64,000 nt of DNA, taken from Azolla caroliniana (taxonomy: Eukaryota > Plantae > Polypodiophyta). The notes beneath the pieces were generated by a model. It saw only the letters and a program-made list of their open reading frames with translations, was not told where the DNA came from and made no database searches. This document shows, one piece after another, positions 42,530-53,200 of the stretch (positions within the stretch are counted from its first letter, which is position 1; every line of letters begins with the position of its first letter). The stretch spans positions 13,764,001 to 13,828,000 of the forward strand of contig JBHGNT010000020.1 in NCBI GenBank assembly GCA_043228905.1. The letters run 5' to 3'. The position numbers and the translations under genes are program-made.

Positions 42530-44649
42530 TAAAGATTATTTCTAGAAAAGAAATAGGATAAGGTCAGAGAGATAGTCATAACATCATGTCGTGATGTAAA
42601 CATATCATGGGCAAACATTAATCGATATCATGATCTCACGTCAATACCCCTCTAGACGTATGAGATGAGGTTCAAGATCAGGTTACTATGGTAACACAAA
42701 GGTGTTTTAAAAACCATGGGGGTGACAAATAAATGTCTTTCCCTGATCTCTATATCGATTTTTTCATGGTGGCTCCCCGAGGCTCAACCATGTATGTTCG
42801 CGTCATGAATAGTTTATACACGAAAAAAATGTTAACAATAAACTATGTTTTGGTGCCCACATATGTGGTTTCGGCTCTTTAAGTCCTATTACGAGGACCC
42901 TGAGGTGCACTTAGACCTTAAGTCTAAACATGTGTTATAGTCATATGTATCAAGGATGTTGTATGGTCTTGGTCATATTTGAACTCGAGACCTCGAGAAC
43001 AAATACATTAAACACTTGAGCCAACCAAGTAAGTTGCTCTTCTCGAATGCTTAATTTTGATGCGTATAAGAGATATGCGAGGCAATTGATCATATATGTT
43101 TTTTTTAAAAGAACATATATGTCAAGGGTCCTTATTTCGCCCTCATTTACCAAAACTATGTTGGTACGTTACCTAACCTCAAGTCTCGTAATTACAATGG
43201 CATACGCCAAAGTGCAACCTAATGGTCAAGCCAAATGAGCCCTCGTTTCGTAGTAGGCTCACGTGGGCCATCACATGGTCACGTCATTACGAATGCCTCT
43301 CGTAAGAACGAGCTCATGGTGGCATCGTATCCATGTAACGAGGGAGGGATGTTGGATACGTGCGTCATTGGAGCAACCTCACTTGAAGTGGGTCAAGCCC
43401 TACGTACTCAACATCATTATGGCTATTGGCGTTTCTTTACGTAACGAAATCGAGGTCATCAACGGGGTTATCAACAATAAAAAATTGTTGAAAAAGGGAT
43501 GGTGACAACGCCATTCTCACAAAAATGTGAGGACGGCCACCAACATCCTTTTCCCAACAAGGACAACTTTCGATATAATCACGTAATAATGAATATACAC
43601 ATATGTTTACTTATCACATATATACGATCAAATACGTATATATGTGACCACATATGCCTATATTAAACATATCGTTATATTAAATAGCCACAAATGATGT
43701 GATCGAGATACATAATCGAGGTATATACCTCTACGCACACGAAACATCCACAAATAAGAGATCATCGTAATACGCAATTGAGGTATTGACCTCTTATGCA
43801 TACGAGACCAACCCCATATCGTTTACAACTAATCAAGGTATTAAACTCATACGCAAACGTTGTCGGGGTTACTACGCCCTTGCGTGTAGAAAGGAGGAGG
43901 GACCACGGGGGTCTCGAACCGAAGAGCAAGAGAGGGAGGAGTAAGAGAGAGAGACCCGATTACACAGAACCGAAGATCCGATTGCGCCGAACCGACGATT
44001 GCACAGGGACACGGCCCAACAAACCGAGATCACAAATAAACGCCGACGCAGATGGACGCAACAACGAGAGATATGTACTTATGAATGCAAGAAAATAACA
44101 GACTAAAGTATTACAACCCACGGTGGGGCACAAAATAGGTACTAACGAAAACGAACAGGGCGGCGAACAGCTGCCGACCCCTGTATGTCGCGACGCACAG
44201 AAAGGGAAAACAGGTCGGAGGTGCTGCAGGACGCACTCGGGGCGTTCCACGGAACAGCGCAAGCCTCCTCGAAACCTGCACAGGTACGCGATGGAGCAGA
44301 AGACAGAGAGAGCAGGAGTGAGAGAGAAGCTCCGAAATCGGTTCGGCAGCACTTCGTCCTCTCCGCGGGAGATCCCCCACTTCTATTCTTCCTCTTCCTT
44401 TTATAGCCCGTCAAGAGGCCGTTTGGCATTAACTGCATACCAACCGAATCTACCCACCTAGGATCCTCGTATGTACCTACTTCGTCCTTAGGTACTTCTT
44501 GGCGCGCGTGTGTGTGTAGAGCCGTTTCCCACGCCTTGCTCCTCCGATTCCTCTTGTGGGCGGTTTTCTTCACGACATCCGCCCCCACCTAACCGCGCAT
44601 CCACCGGCATGCGCCAAATTAAGTTGGCACGGAGAAAACCGGCCCGCCT

Positions 44650-47600
44650 CTACTCTTCGCCTGCCGGCCCTTCCTCGGCCTCGGATCGGTCGTCGCTGCT
44701 GTCCAGGAGAATCGGGTCGGGTTCGTCGTCGTGCCGCTTCTTGAAAGCTTTGATCCTCTTCCCGGCCACGGGTATCGCTATTCTCGTACCGTCGAGCTCC
44801 GCCAGATGATACGTCCCGTTGTCGTTGGCGCTCTGTACCGTGTACGGCCCGAACCATCTCCGTGCGAACTTCCGCGTTGCTCGGTGCTGGTTGTCGAGGC
44901 TGCTGTCGTAGACGAGCACCCAGTCACCTTCGTCGATTTTCTTCGGTCGTAGCCGGTGCGTTCGGTCGAACCGGGCTTTGTTCTTTGTCCTCGCCACCCG
45001 GAGCTTCTCCGTAGCCAGTGCCACGTCCTCCGGTCTCCGCTCGAGCTGTCGTATACGTGCGGTCAACAACTCCTCCCGGCTCATCTCGTCCCTCCAGTCG
45101 ACCGTTGCCCACGAGGAGATCGTCCGTTCAATCGGCATGATCGGCTTCTGGCCGAACATGAGCTCCGTCGGCATGTACCCGGTTACCGAACTGTGCGTGG
45201 TCCGGTCTGCCCACAAAGCATAAGGTAGAAGTCGCGGCCAGTTACCGACTTGGCCTCCGCATGCCCGAACCAGCGCCTTAACGATCGGCCCGTGTCCGCG
45301 CTCCACCTTTCCATTCGCCTCCGGGTTGTACGCAGTGGTGAGCGAGAGTTTGACTCCCAGCCGATCGAACAGCTCCGCGGCTTCCTCGGCGTCCAACTCC
45401 CCTCGGTCAGCCACGATCTTCCCGACGCACCCGTACCGGCATATCACGTCCTCGATCAGGAACCGACACACGGCCGCAGTCGTCTTGTTCTGAAGGGCTC
45501 GGCCTTCCACCTGGTTCGTCAGGTCTTCCCGCGCTAGGACCAGATACCGCATCTGGCCTACCCCCATCGGCATCGTCACCAGATCTACCATCCATTTGAA
45601 GTGGATAGTCGGAGGGTACGTAGGGTGAAGCCCGTCCCGGTGTCGGACTATCGAGTGCATCTGACAACTCTCGCAAGTTGACACGAACCGATGCACGTCC
45701 CGGTACAATCCCGGCCACCAGTACTTCCCCTTCAGCTTCTCAAACGTCGCCCACGTTCCACGGTGTCCAGCCCAAGGGCTGTCGTGGTAGGCCGCCAGTA
45801 GCTCCTCCTGTTCTTCCTTCATCGCCACCACCCGGAGCGGGACGCCGTTCCTCTTCTTCGGGTGCTTCCACAAATGCCCATCTCGGAGAAGGAATCGATA
45901 TGCTTTCTTCCGGATCCGGTTGGCCTCGTCCTTCGTCCATGACGCATCGGGCGTCATTGTCTTCAAAAACCCGCCGATCTGCAGCCACTCCCCGTCGTAC
46001 TTGCTCGCGTCGAACTCGTTAAGCGCCGGAGTGCTCATCCCGTCGGTCGTTATGTATGCCGCCTCGAAGAAATCCACGCCGACTTCTTCGTCTTCCGAAA
46101 CCATGCCGCCCTCGTCGTCGAACCTCGCCCTCGAAAGCATGTCGGCCATGGCGTTGTCTTTCCCGGAAATGTGTCGTATTTCCGGGTCCAGGGACTTGAT
46201 GTACGCTATCCACCTGAGCATCGCCAGGTCCGGAGTCGCGCATCCGGAAACCATACCGAGAATCGGCAGGCAATCCGTCTCGATGATCACTTCTGTCCCT
46301 ATCAGGTAGTCTTTGTCGGCCTTAACCGCCGAAACAATACCCCAGAGTTCGCGTTTAACCTGGGCGTATCCTCGCTGCCGTTCACTGAGGACTTTCGCGC
46401 CGAATCGGATCGGAAACCGATTGCCGTCCTCGTCTTCCTGGTTCACGACCCATCCGATCCCGGTCGGACTGGTATCCACCGTTATGAATACCGGGGTACC
46501 CTTCCCGTATACCGCCTTCCGGAGTGCCGGTGCCGCTGCAAGGGCCTCTTTCAGCTTCCGGACCGATTCCGCGTGCTCGTCTAGCCATTCGAACCTTCGC
46601 CCCTTTTTCAGCAACCCGTACAGTGGCTCCGCGACGTGTGCGTAATGCGGGATCCATATATGGTAGAACGCGCATGCCCCCAGGAATCTCCGTACTTCCG
46701 TGACCGAGCTGCAGTCGGGCTTCATCGCGGAGATGGCTTCTACCTTTGCCGGAGACGGTTTCCGGCCATATGGTCCGCACAGGTGTCCGACCACCATGAT
46801 TTCCGACTGCCCGAAGGCCGACTTCTCCCCGGAGAAGGTGAGTCTCGCATCCTCTAGCCTTTGCAGCACCTTCTCGCAGTCGTCGATGTGCGTCGCCACG
46901 AATCGTCGGCATCCGTCCGGCCCGATCGTCTCGTCCTTTTCTTCCACCGGGCATCCCTTGATCGGGATGTCGTCCAGAAACGGCATGGTGATGTCCGGGA
47001 TACAGTCCCTCAGAACCTTGTTCATCGCATTCACCATGTGGGCCACCGAGTTGGTCCCTCCTTGCGGCAGTGTACACATCCGAACTAGGCCGAGGGGAGT
47101 TCGCATCGTCGTAATGTCTCTGCTCTCCACGGCTAGCTGGAACTGGTCGTACCCTGAGTATAGATCCCCGACCGAGTAAATTGACCTTCCGGCGAAGGCC
47201 TCCGCGAACTCGTCTATGGTCGGTCCGATCCCTGCGTTCCGAATGGTCACTCGATTGACCGGCTGCAGGTCCTGGATGAAGCGCAACGAACCGTTTTTCT
47301 TCGGTACGGTAAACCATCGATTCGAATATGGGGCGCTCGACGGCTCGAGAATTCCCATATCAACTTTCTGCCTCAGCAGCTCCATCAACTTCGGGATGTG
47401 AGCTCTCGGAACCGGGATTGGCTTGAGATTCCATGGTACATGCGGTACCGTGAATATCACCATCGGCTCCACGATCGTCGGGTCAACGCACCCGATTTCC
47501 TCCGGCGAGAATGCGAAGGCTTTCCCGTGCCTTCCGAGCATTCTCCGAAACCGGTCTTCCTCCGCCGGCAGTAGGAACCCGCCCCCACCGATTTTGAGCT

Positions 47601-48141
47601 CTCGGAGCGTCTCGTCGGTGAAGGTGTGCCCTATGCAGGCCGGATCTCGTAGACTAGGGTCCGATGCAACCCCTTTGATTCTCGACGCGCTGTCCTCCGG
47701 TAAGGGTGCCGCGACTGGCCTTACCTTTCGGTCCACAGTCTTGTACTTGGTGCTTACGTGGGCCGTCCGAACTGACTCGAGCCCTCGACCGAAGTCCGCG
47801 ATGACTTCGTACATCTCCTCGGAACACACCGGTATCGTCCGGTCTTCGCTAAGGCCTTCTTCGACTACCTTTCCCAGCATTCCCAAGGTGTCGTCGCATG
47901 AGACCGCCTCCACGGCTCCGTTGATTTCCTCGTCCGGGCCGAGAACTCCGCACGCTCGAAGTCTCCCCTCCGCCTTTGTCTTCTCTCGGCCGCCGATGCC
48001 GACTATCGTACACGCTCCGCTGTCGGAGAACAAAAATTCCCTACCTATGGTACAAGGTTTCTTCGGTTTTATCGTACAGGTGTGGGGTTTCCCCGGGGTG
48101 TCCGGACTGTCGCGGCCCCACGCCTTGGCAGCCCTCTCTAA
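44650..48141 (-). CDS. Gypsy C pol (RT, RNase H, integrase), entered by -1 frameshift
   Basis: 1127-aa ORF 44650-48033, and the frame stays open to the gag stop. Motifs: FLDD, VDTS, ETDC, HHCC, DDE, GPY. Confidence 0.93.
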   Translation of the reverse strand, partial: LERAAKAWGRDSPDTPGKPHTCTIKPKKPCTIGREFLFSDSGACTIVGIGGREKTKAEGRLRACGVLGPDEEINGAVEAVSCDDTLGMLGKVVEEGLSEDRTIPVCSEEMYEVIADFGRGLESVRTAHVSTKYKTVDRKVRPVAAPLPEDSASRIKGVASDPSLRDPACIGHTFTDETLRELKIGGGGFLLPAEEDRFRRMLGRHGKAFAFSPEEIGCVDPTIVEPMVIFTVPHVPWNLKPIPVPRAHIPKLMELLRQKVDMGILEPSSAPYSNRWFTVPKKNGSLRFIQDLQPVNRVTIRNAGIGPTIDEFAEAFAGRSIYSVGDLYSGYDQFQLAVESRDITTMRTPLGLVRMCTLPQGGTNSVAHMVNAMNKVLRDCIPDITMPFLDDIPIKGCPVEEKDETIGPDGCRRFVATHIDDCEKVLQRLEDARLTFSGEKSAFGQSEIMVVGHLCGPYGRKPSPAKVEAISAMKPDCSSVTEVRRFLGACAFYHIWIPHYAHVAEPLYGLLKKGRRFEWLDEHAESVRKLKEALAAAPALRKAVYGKGTPVFITVDTSPTGIGWVVNQEDEDGNRFPIRFGAKVLSERQRGYAQVKRELWGIVSAVKADKDYLIGTEVIIETDCLPILGMVSGCATPDLAMLRWIAYIKSLDPEIRHISGKDNAMADMLSRARFDDEGGMVSEDEEVGVDFFEAAYITTDGMSTPALNEFDASKYDGEWLQIGGFLKTMTPDASWTKDEANRIRKKAYRFLLRDGHLWKHPKKRNGVPLRVVAMKEEQEELLAAYHDSPWAGHRGTWATFEKLKGKYWWPGLYRDVHRFVSTCESCQMHSIVRHRDGLHPTYPPTIHFKWMVDLVTMPMGVGQMRYLVLAREDLTNQVEGRALQNKTTAAVCRFLIEDVICRYGCVGKIVADRGELDAEEAAELFDRLGVKLSLTTAYNPEANGKVERGHGPIVKALVRACGGQVGNWPRLLPYALWADRTTHSSVTGYMPTELMFGQKPIMPIERTISSWATVDWRDEMSREELLTARIRQLERRPEDVALATEKLRVARTKNKARFDRTHRLRPKKIDEGDWVLVYDSSLDNQHRATRKFARRWFGPYTVQSANDNGTYHLAELDGTRIAIPVAGKRIKAFKKRHDDEPDPILLDSSDDRSEAEEGPAGEE

Positions 48142-50264
48142 AAATCCTCTCGGTTATCGGAACCGAGGGAGTTGCGGTTACGCTCGTGGTTCGGCCTAAC
48201 CGTCAAAAACTGGACCGAATGGCGCCCGTCCTGGCTCTTGACCCGCGCATAGGCCGAACCGTTGTCCAGCACCTTGGTCTCCATTCGAGCCGCCGTGATG
48301 TACGGCTCTCCCAGTATGACGGGGTGCGATGACGACTCCTGCACGAAGAAGTGCTGGTCTATCTCGACATCGCCGATCTTGACCCGTACATTCGGGCAGG
48401 CCCCGTGAAGTTCCTCGGTGGCGCGCGTCGCCGCCCTTATCTTCCACCCGTGCTTGGTGTTGATCGGCCATTTGCCCTTCTTATAGAAGTCCATGGACAT
48501 CAAGTTGATCTCCGATCCGTGGTCCACCAAGGCTATCACCGGTTCCTGGACCTCGCCAATCTTCACCGGGGTTTCCGTGGTCGCTCGGGCCCAGTGTGGT
48601 CTCGAGTAGTGGCTTTCCGCCCACTCGTCTCCCAGCACCACGTCGTCTAGGTGCGTCGTCCGCACTTCCACCGGTCTTTCCGGTTCTGTCTCCGTCGACA
48701 GCCTCTTCCGTTTCACCAAGTCCACGATGGAGTCGTGGAACTCCTTCTTGGCGATTCCCAGCACCTCTCGTAACGACAGCTCCACCTTGCTGTCGAGGAT
48801 CCGTTCCTCCAGGACCTTTCGTAAGTCCGTTGTCCTTTCTATCTCCGTCCCCAGACGGTACCCGCCCTTCTGGGGTTTATCTTGCGTACCGGCCCCGCCG
48901 GCTTCGTCCCGTCGTGGCCCGGACCGGGTCTCGTATCGTTGTGAGGGCCCGGTCGTCCCGGGTCTCCCCACCCGCTTCTCTTCTACCAGAGCCTCGTAGT
49001 TCCGGCAAGCAGCTTCCACGAAGCCCGTCCTTTCCTCGACCGGGTCACTCCACCCGGTCATCTCCCGTACCCGTTTCTCCGCACGGTCCGATTCCTCCTT
49101 CTTCATCCTCGTATCGGCAAGGCCTTCCAGCACCGTCGGCCAGAATCCGGCTTTGCTTTCCCTCCGGGCCTCGCCGCCCCCGACTCGAATGCCGGCCGAC
49201 GCCGAGTAGTGGACGGTCTCCGCGTGTCGGGCCGCCGCCTCTTCCATCACCCTTTTCATACCGCCTTTTCCGTCGTTTCGGCTCAGGGCCCTTCGGGTGT
49301 CGCTGGCATGCACCCGTCCTTCCCACAGGTACACCACCCTGTTCCTCAGCGCCTCCGCGAAGTCGCCGCAGTCCTTTCGAATGTGGCCGACTTCATCGCA
49401 CCACATGCACCTGTTTCCTGCCGCCGGCCGTCGGTCACGAGCCGGTTCGCCTCCTTCCCTTCGGGCCTGCGCGATTTGGAGGTCCTTTATCGCCTTCGTC
49501 AATTCCTCCAGCGCCGCTCCTCCGGTTGAGCCTCTGACTACGCCGGTCGAAGCCGAACCGGTTTCCAACCACTCCCGGGTCTCTTCCTTGCGCACCTGTG
49601 GCGCTGGTTCGAGCTTCCTTGCTGCGACCGAGCCCGACCCGGTCGCCCCGTTATCCGCCCATTCTCGCCGTTTGTCGAAACGGCCACAGACCTTCCTGAC
49701 AGCCGCCCAGTCGGTAGTGAGCCCGTCTTCGGTTTCCAGCAAGAAGCCCACTTGCTCCCGATCCCGCTCGTCGACCGACTTGACAAACAGCAAGACCCGG
49801 CTCGTGTCCAGGATGGTTCGGTCGAGCGCCGAAAGGCGCGCAAAGTTTTCCTCGAACTCCCGGAGGAGCGCCGACGCGTTTCTTCCCTTCCCCGGGGACT
49901 CCACCCATTCCATGAACCTTCGCTTCGAAAGCCGGAGCGCGTCGTCCAGCCCGTATTTCTCTAGGAGCCGACCTTCGAACTCCTCCCAGGTACGGCTCTC
50001 CGTCCGCACCTCGAGCACCTCCGCATGGATGCTCGGCATCGCTACTCGGGGAAATCCGGCAAGACGCCTTTCTTCCGGAATGTCCCGCATCAGCATCTCT
50101 GCACCGTAGGACGCCAAATACTTCGTGGCATCCTTCCCATCGAACCGGCCAATCGTGCCGACGACCGCCTCAATAGCTCTGTCGAGGGCACCGGTGCCCT
50201 CGCGCGCGTTTACAATCCGATCCACGGCCGAAGCCATGGCCTCTGCGAGATCCGCCCCCTTCAT
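48138..50264 (-). CDS. Gypsy C gag-protease
   Basis: Uninterrupted ORF with first ATG at 50264. CMWCDEVGHIRKDC knuckle and LVDHGSEIN protease motif. Confidence 0.93.
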   Translation of the reverse strand: MKGADLAEAMASAVDRIVNAREGTGALDRAIEAVVGTIGRFDGKDATKYLASYGAEMLMRDIPEERRLAGFPRVAMPSIHAEVLEVRTESRTWEEFEGRLLEKYGLDDALRLSKRRFMEWVESPGKGRNASALLREFEENFARLSALDRTILDTSRVLLFVKSVDERDREQVGFLLETEDGLTTDWAAVRKVCGRFDKRREWADNGATGSGSVAARKLEPAPQVRKEETREWLETGSASTGVVRGSTGGAALEELTKAIKDLQIAQARREGGEPARDRRPAAGNRCMWCDEVGHIRKDCGDFAEALRNRVVYLWEGRVHASDTRRALSRNDGKGGMKRVMEEAAARHAETVHYSASAGIRVGGGEARRESKAGFWPTVLEGLADTRMKKEESDRAEKRVREMTGWSDPVEERTGFVEAACRNYEALVEEKRVGRPGTTGPSQRYETRSGPRRDEAGGAGTQDKPQKGGYRLGTEIERTTDLRKVLEERILDSKVELSLREVLGIAKKEFHDSIVDLVKRKRLSTETEPERPVEVRTTHLDDVVLGDEWAESHYSRPHWARATTETPVKIGEVQEPVIALVDHGSEINLMSMDFYKKGKWPINTKHGWKIRAATRATEELHGACPNVRVKIGDVEIDQHFFVQESSSHPVILGEPYITAARMETKVLDNGSAYARVKSQDGRHSVQFLTVRPNHERNRNSLGSDNREDF

Positions 50265-53200
50265 TTCCCACTCTTCTGCCGCCTCTTTCACGTCGGGTTC
50301 ACCAAGATGTCGGGGTTACTACGCCCTTGCGTGTAGAAAGGAGGAGGGACCACGGGGGTCTCGAACCGAAGAGCAAGAGAGGGAGGAGTAAGAGAGAGAG
50401 ACCCGATTACACAGAACCGAAGATCCGATTGCGCCGAACCGACGATTGCACAGGGACACGGCCCAACAAACCGAGATCACAAATAAACGCCGACGCAGAT
50501 GGACGCAACAACGAGAGATATGTACTTATGAATGCAAGAAAATAACAGACTAAAGTATTACAACCCACGGTGGGGCACAAAATAGGTACTAACGAAAACG
50601 AACAGGGCGGCGAACAGCTGCCGACCCCTGTATGTCGCGACGCACAGAAAGGGAAAACAGGTCGGAGGTGCTGCAGGACGCACTCGGGGCGTTCCACGGA
50701 ACAGCGCAAGCCTCCTCGAAACCTGCACAGGTACGCGATGGAGCAGAAGACAGAGAGAGCAGGAGTGAGAGAGAAGCTCCGAAATCGGTTCGGCAGCACT
50801 TCGTCCTCTCCGCGGGAGATCCCCCACTTCTATTCTTCCTCTTCCTTTTATAGCCCGTCAAGAGGCCGTTTGGCATTAACTGCATACCAACCGAATCTAC
50901 CCACCTAGGATCCTCGTATGTACCTACTTCGTCCTTAGGTACTTCTTGGCGCGCGTGTGTGTGTAGAGCCGTTTCCCACGCCTTGCTCCTCCGATTCCTC
51001 TTGTGGGCGGTTTTCTTCACGACAACGTAACATATGTTCATGAACGTAATACGTAATTGAGGTATTAACCTCGTACGCATACGATACTCATCACATATTA
51101 TTAATATGTCAAACGAGGTATTGACCTCGTGAACATATGTAAACGTTTTAGATAATCAATTAAAGACCACTACAACATCATTGACTTAATGAAAACAAAT
51201 GACATATAAACTAAACACATGATTAGATGGGAGAAGAGAGAATAGAAAAAAAATTCTGGAAAGAGTTACCGAAGTTCTTTGTTGATCGTTGTCTAGATCA
51301 AGGCCGACCGCACATCGATCGATCACCATCAATCAAACGACAAATGAAAAACAAAGAAACATTAGTACATAAATCTGATACCAAATATTAGAGATCTTAA
51401 TACTAAAGTAAGCTTAAGATAAGGATAAACAAATGATAGATAGAAAGGAGAAAGAGAAAGAAGGGTGCCGATCCACCCGACCACCCCCGAGTGAAGGGAT
51501 CAAGACGGACTCGAGCCTCGATCGGCGTCCCATACCACCGCCGTGGCGTCGAGTCGTACCTGGTGCTGGCGCGCTCGCTACAAGAGTTGACCCACCACAA
51601 GAGCAGAGTCTCGATGTAGTCAAAAGATGATCAAATGAGGATAGCTAGGCCTCTTATTTATAGCGATACCCAAGGCCCCCAAGCAAGTTCACACTTGACC
51701 TAATGGGTTGTCTCAATCCCGAGAATTAAAAGTAATCCTCCCCTTCTTTACACTCTCGTTTAACCCTCACACTTATCCACGTGTATAGAATACTACGGTA
51801 AATTCTCACCACGGGATATTAAATGGTCATGCCCGTAACACAAAGAATCTGGTTCATCACAACAGTAAGGTGTTACAGTAAGCACATCGACGTTCGGTAT
51901 CACTTTGTTCGGGACTGTGTAACTTCAGGGAAGCTCGGCCTCGAGAAGATCTCCACAACCGACAACATAGCAGATAATATGACCAAGTGTCTTGCGACTT
52001 ATTGATTTCGGTCACTTTGACACCATATGGTCTTAAGGAGTATGCAGTCCGATCGAGTAGGACAAAAGAGATAGCATCTCTTTGTATAACTTGTATCTTT
52101 TGTTTTATATTATAGGTCTCTCCTTAGTGTATACACCCATTACAGGGGAGTGTTGAACACGGGTGTCTAATGGTTGTATTCACACTATCTCTTGGACAAA
52201 CTAGGTTTAGGACGATTCTGTAAATATGTCAAAAGGTAGTTGCCCTAGCTTAGTTGGTATATAATTGACTTTGTAAGCTAGCTTGTAAGGTGGTTGTTGC
52301 CTCCATCTTGTTGTAACTCTCTTTGAAAGAAATGAGAGCAAATATTTCAGAGAGGAATATTGTCCCTCAAATCACGACCTTGAAAGATATGCCATATGGA
52401 GCCATGTGCCACAATTAACTAACACACATTGATGTGTGTGTCTTCTCTCAATCACTTTTCACTCCACACATCAACACATGCTCTCGTGTACCTTCCCCCT
52501 TTCTCTTCCACGTGTGCTTGTGTAGCTTGGTGCACATCACACCCTTCCCTTTGCACTTTATTTAGGTGCATGTGCAACAATCCCATCATATGTGCATACA
52601 TTGCACATAACCATTTTGCCCCTTTTCCCCGATTTTCTCACGGTTGCTGCACATCTTCATGACAACGTGCAAGCGCAACAAGGGAGAATTCAAGATGCAT
52701 AGAGAAGATCTTGCCGAGATAAACTCCAACCATGGACCATCATTCCATGTTCTCAATCTATAATAATATATCAGTCCATAGTCTTGTTTGTTTTAATCAA
52801 CGATCTTCAATCCTAGCCCTTGAATCTCATCCTCTTCTCCAAGATCTCTTCTGATCTTCTGTTTATCTTATCGTCATCTTGTTCATTGCACATGGCCTCT
52901 TTGCATTCATACACTTGCATACACACATTTTCTATTGTTGAATCCATACATACCAAAGCGCATTCATCCCATTTGTGACAATTCTTGAAAGAGTTTTGTT
53001 TCTAGTTTTTCTTCCTTTAGTATCCTTTAGGATACAACACTATGTTTTGTGAGCCTAATTTGACTCTTTAAACTTCTTTCGCTTACATTTGTGTTTAATT
53101 GCAATGGAGGGTTTATGTTATTTTGCTACTAGTGAGTGTTAGGGGTTGGTTGGCCTTGGGTGAGGATGAGGTAAGGGTCCCAGGTCTAGGTAAGGAGGAG

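Larger units (their letters stand above)
43861..51024 (-). mobile_element. Gypsy C, intact full-length element, very recent
   Basis: 717 bp LTRs 43861-44577 and 50308-51024 appear identical. 4-bp TSD ACGT (43857-43860 and 51025-51028), PBS-Trp 50287-50304, PPT 44578-44589. Confidence 0.97.
40634..51840 (-). mobile_element. Gypsy D, chromovirus-like element, 5' half only, interrupted by C
   Basis: 5' LTR 51386-51840, PBS TGGTATCAGA at 51374-51383, long 5' UTR, gag-PR-RT start at 42529-40634. It is inserted in the Copia-1 RNase H region. Confidence 0.8.
25306..52318 (+). mobile_element. Copia-1 (Tnt1/Tork-like, degenerate), outermost element of the nest
   Basis: 5' LTR 25306-25621 (TG...CA), degenerate PBS agtatcagag, gag/protease remnants 26321-27270 (KFEGSNFNFWK, LIRHLYNLRMKE, zinc knuckle). 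RNase H tail KHIDVRYHFVRDCV at 51841-52030, PPT caggggag, and a 3' LTR from 52151 truncated near 52318. Most of pol is missing. Confidence 0.75.

Noticed and set aside
44510-50391. Long antisense ORFs (258-313 aa) opposite C gag-pol
   Set aside because: Shadow ORFs of GC3-rich coding sequence. The AT-rich sister A has only short equivalents.
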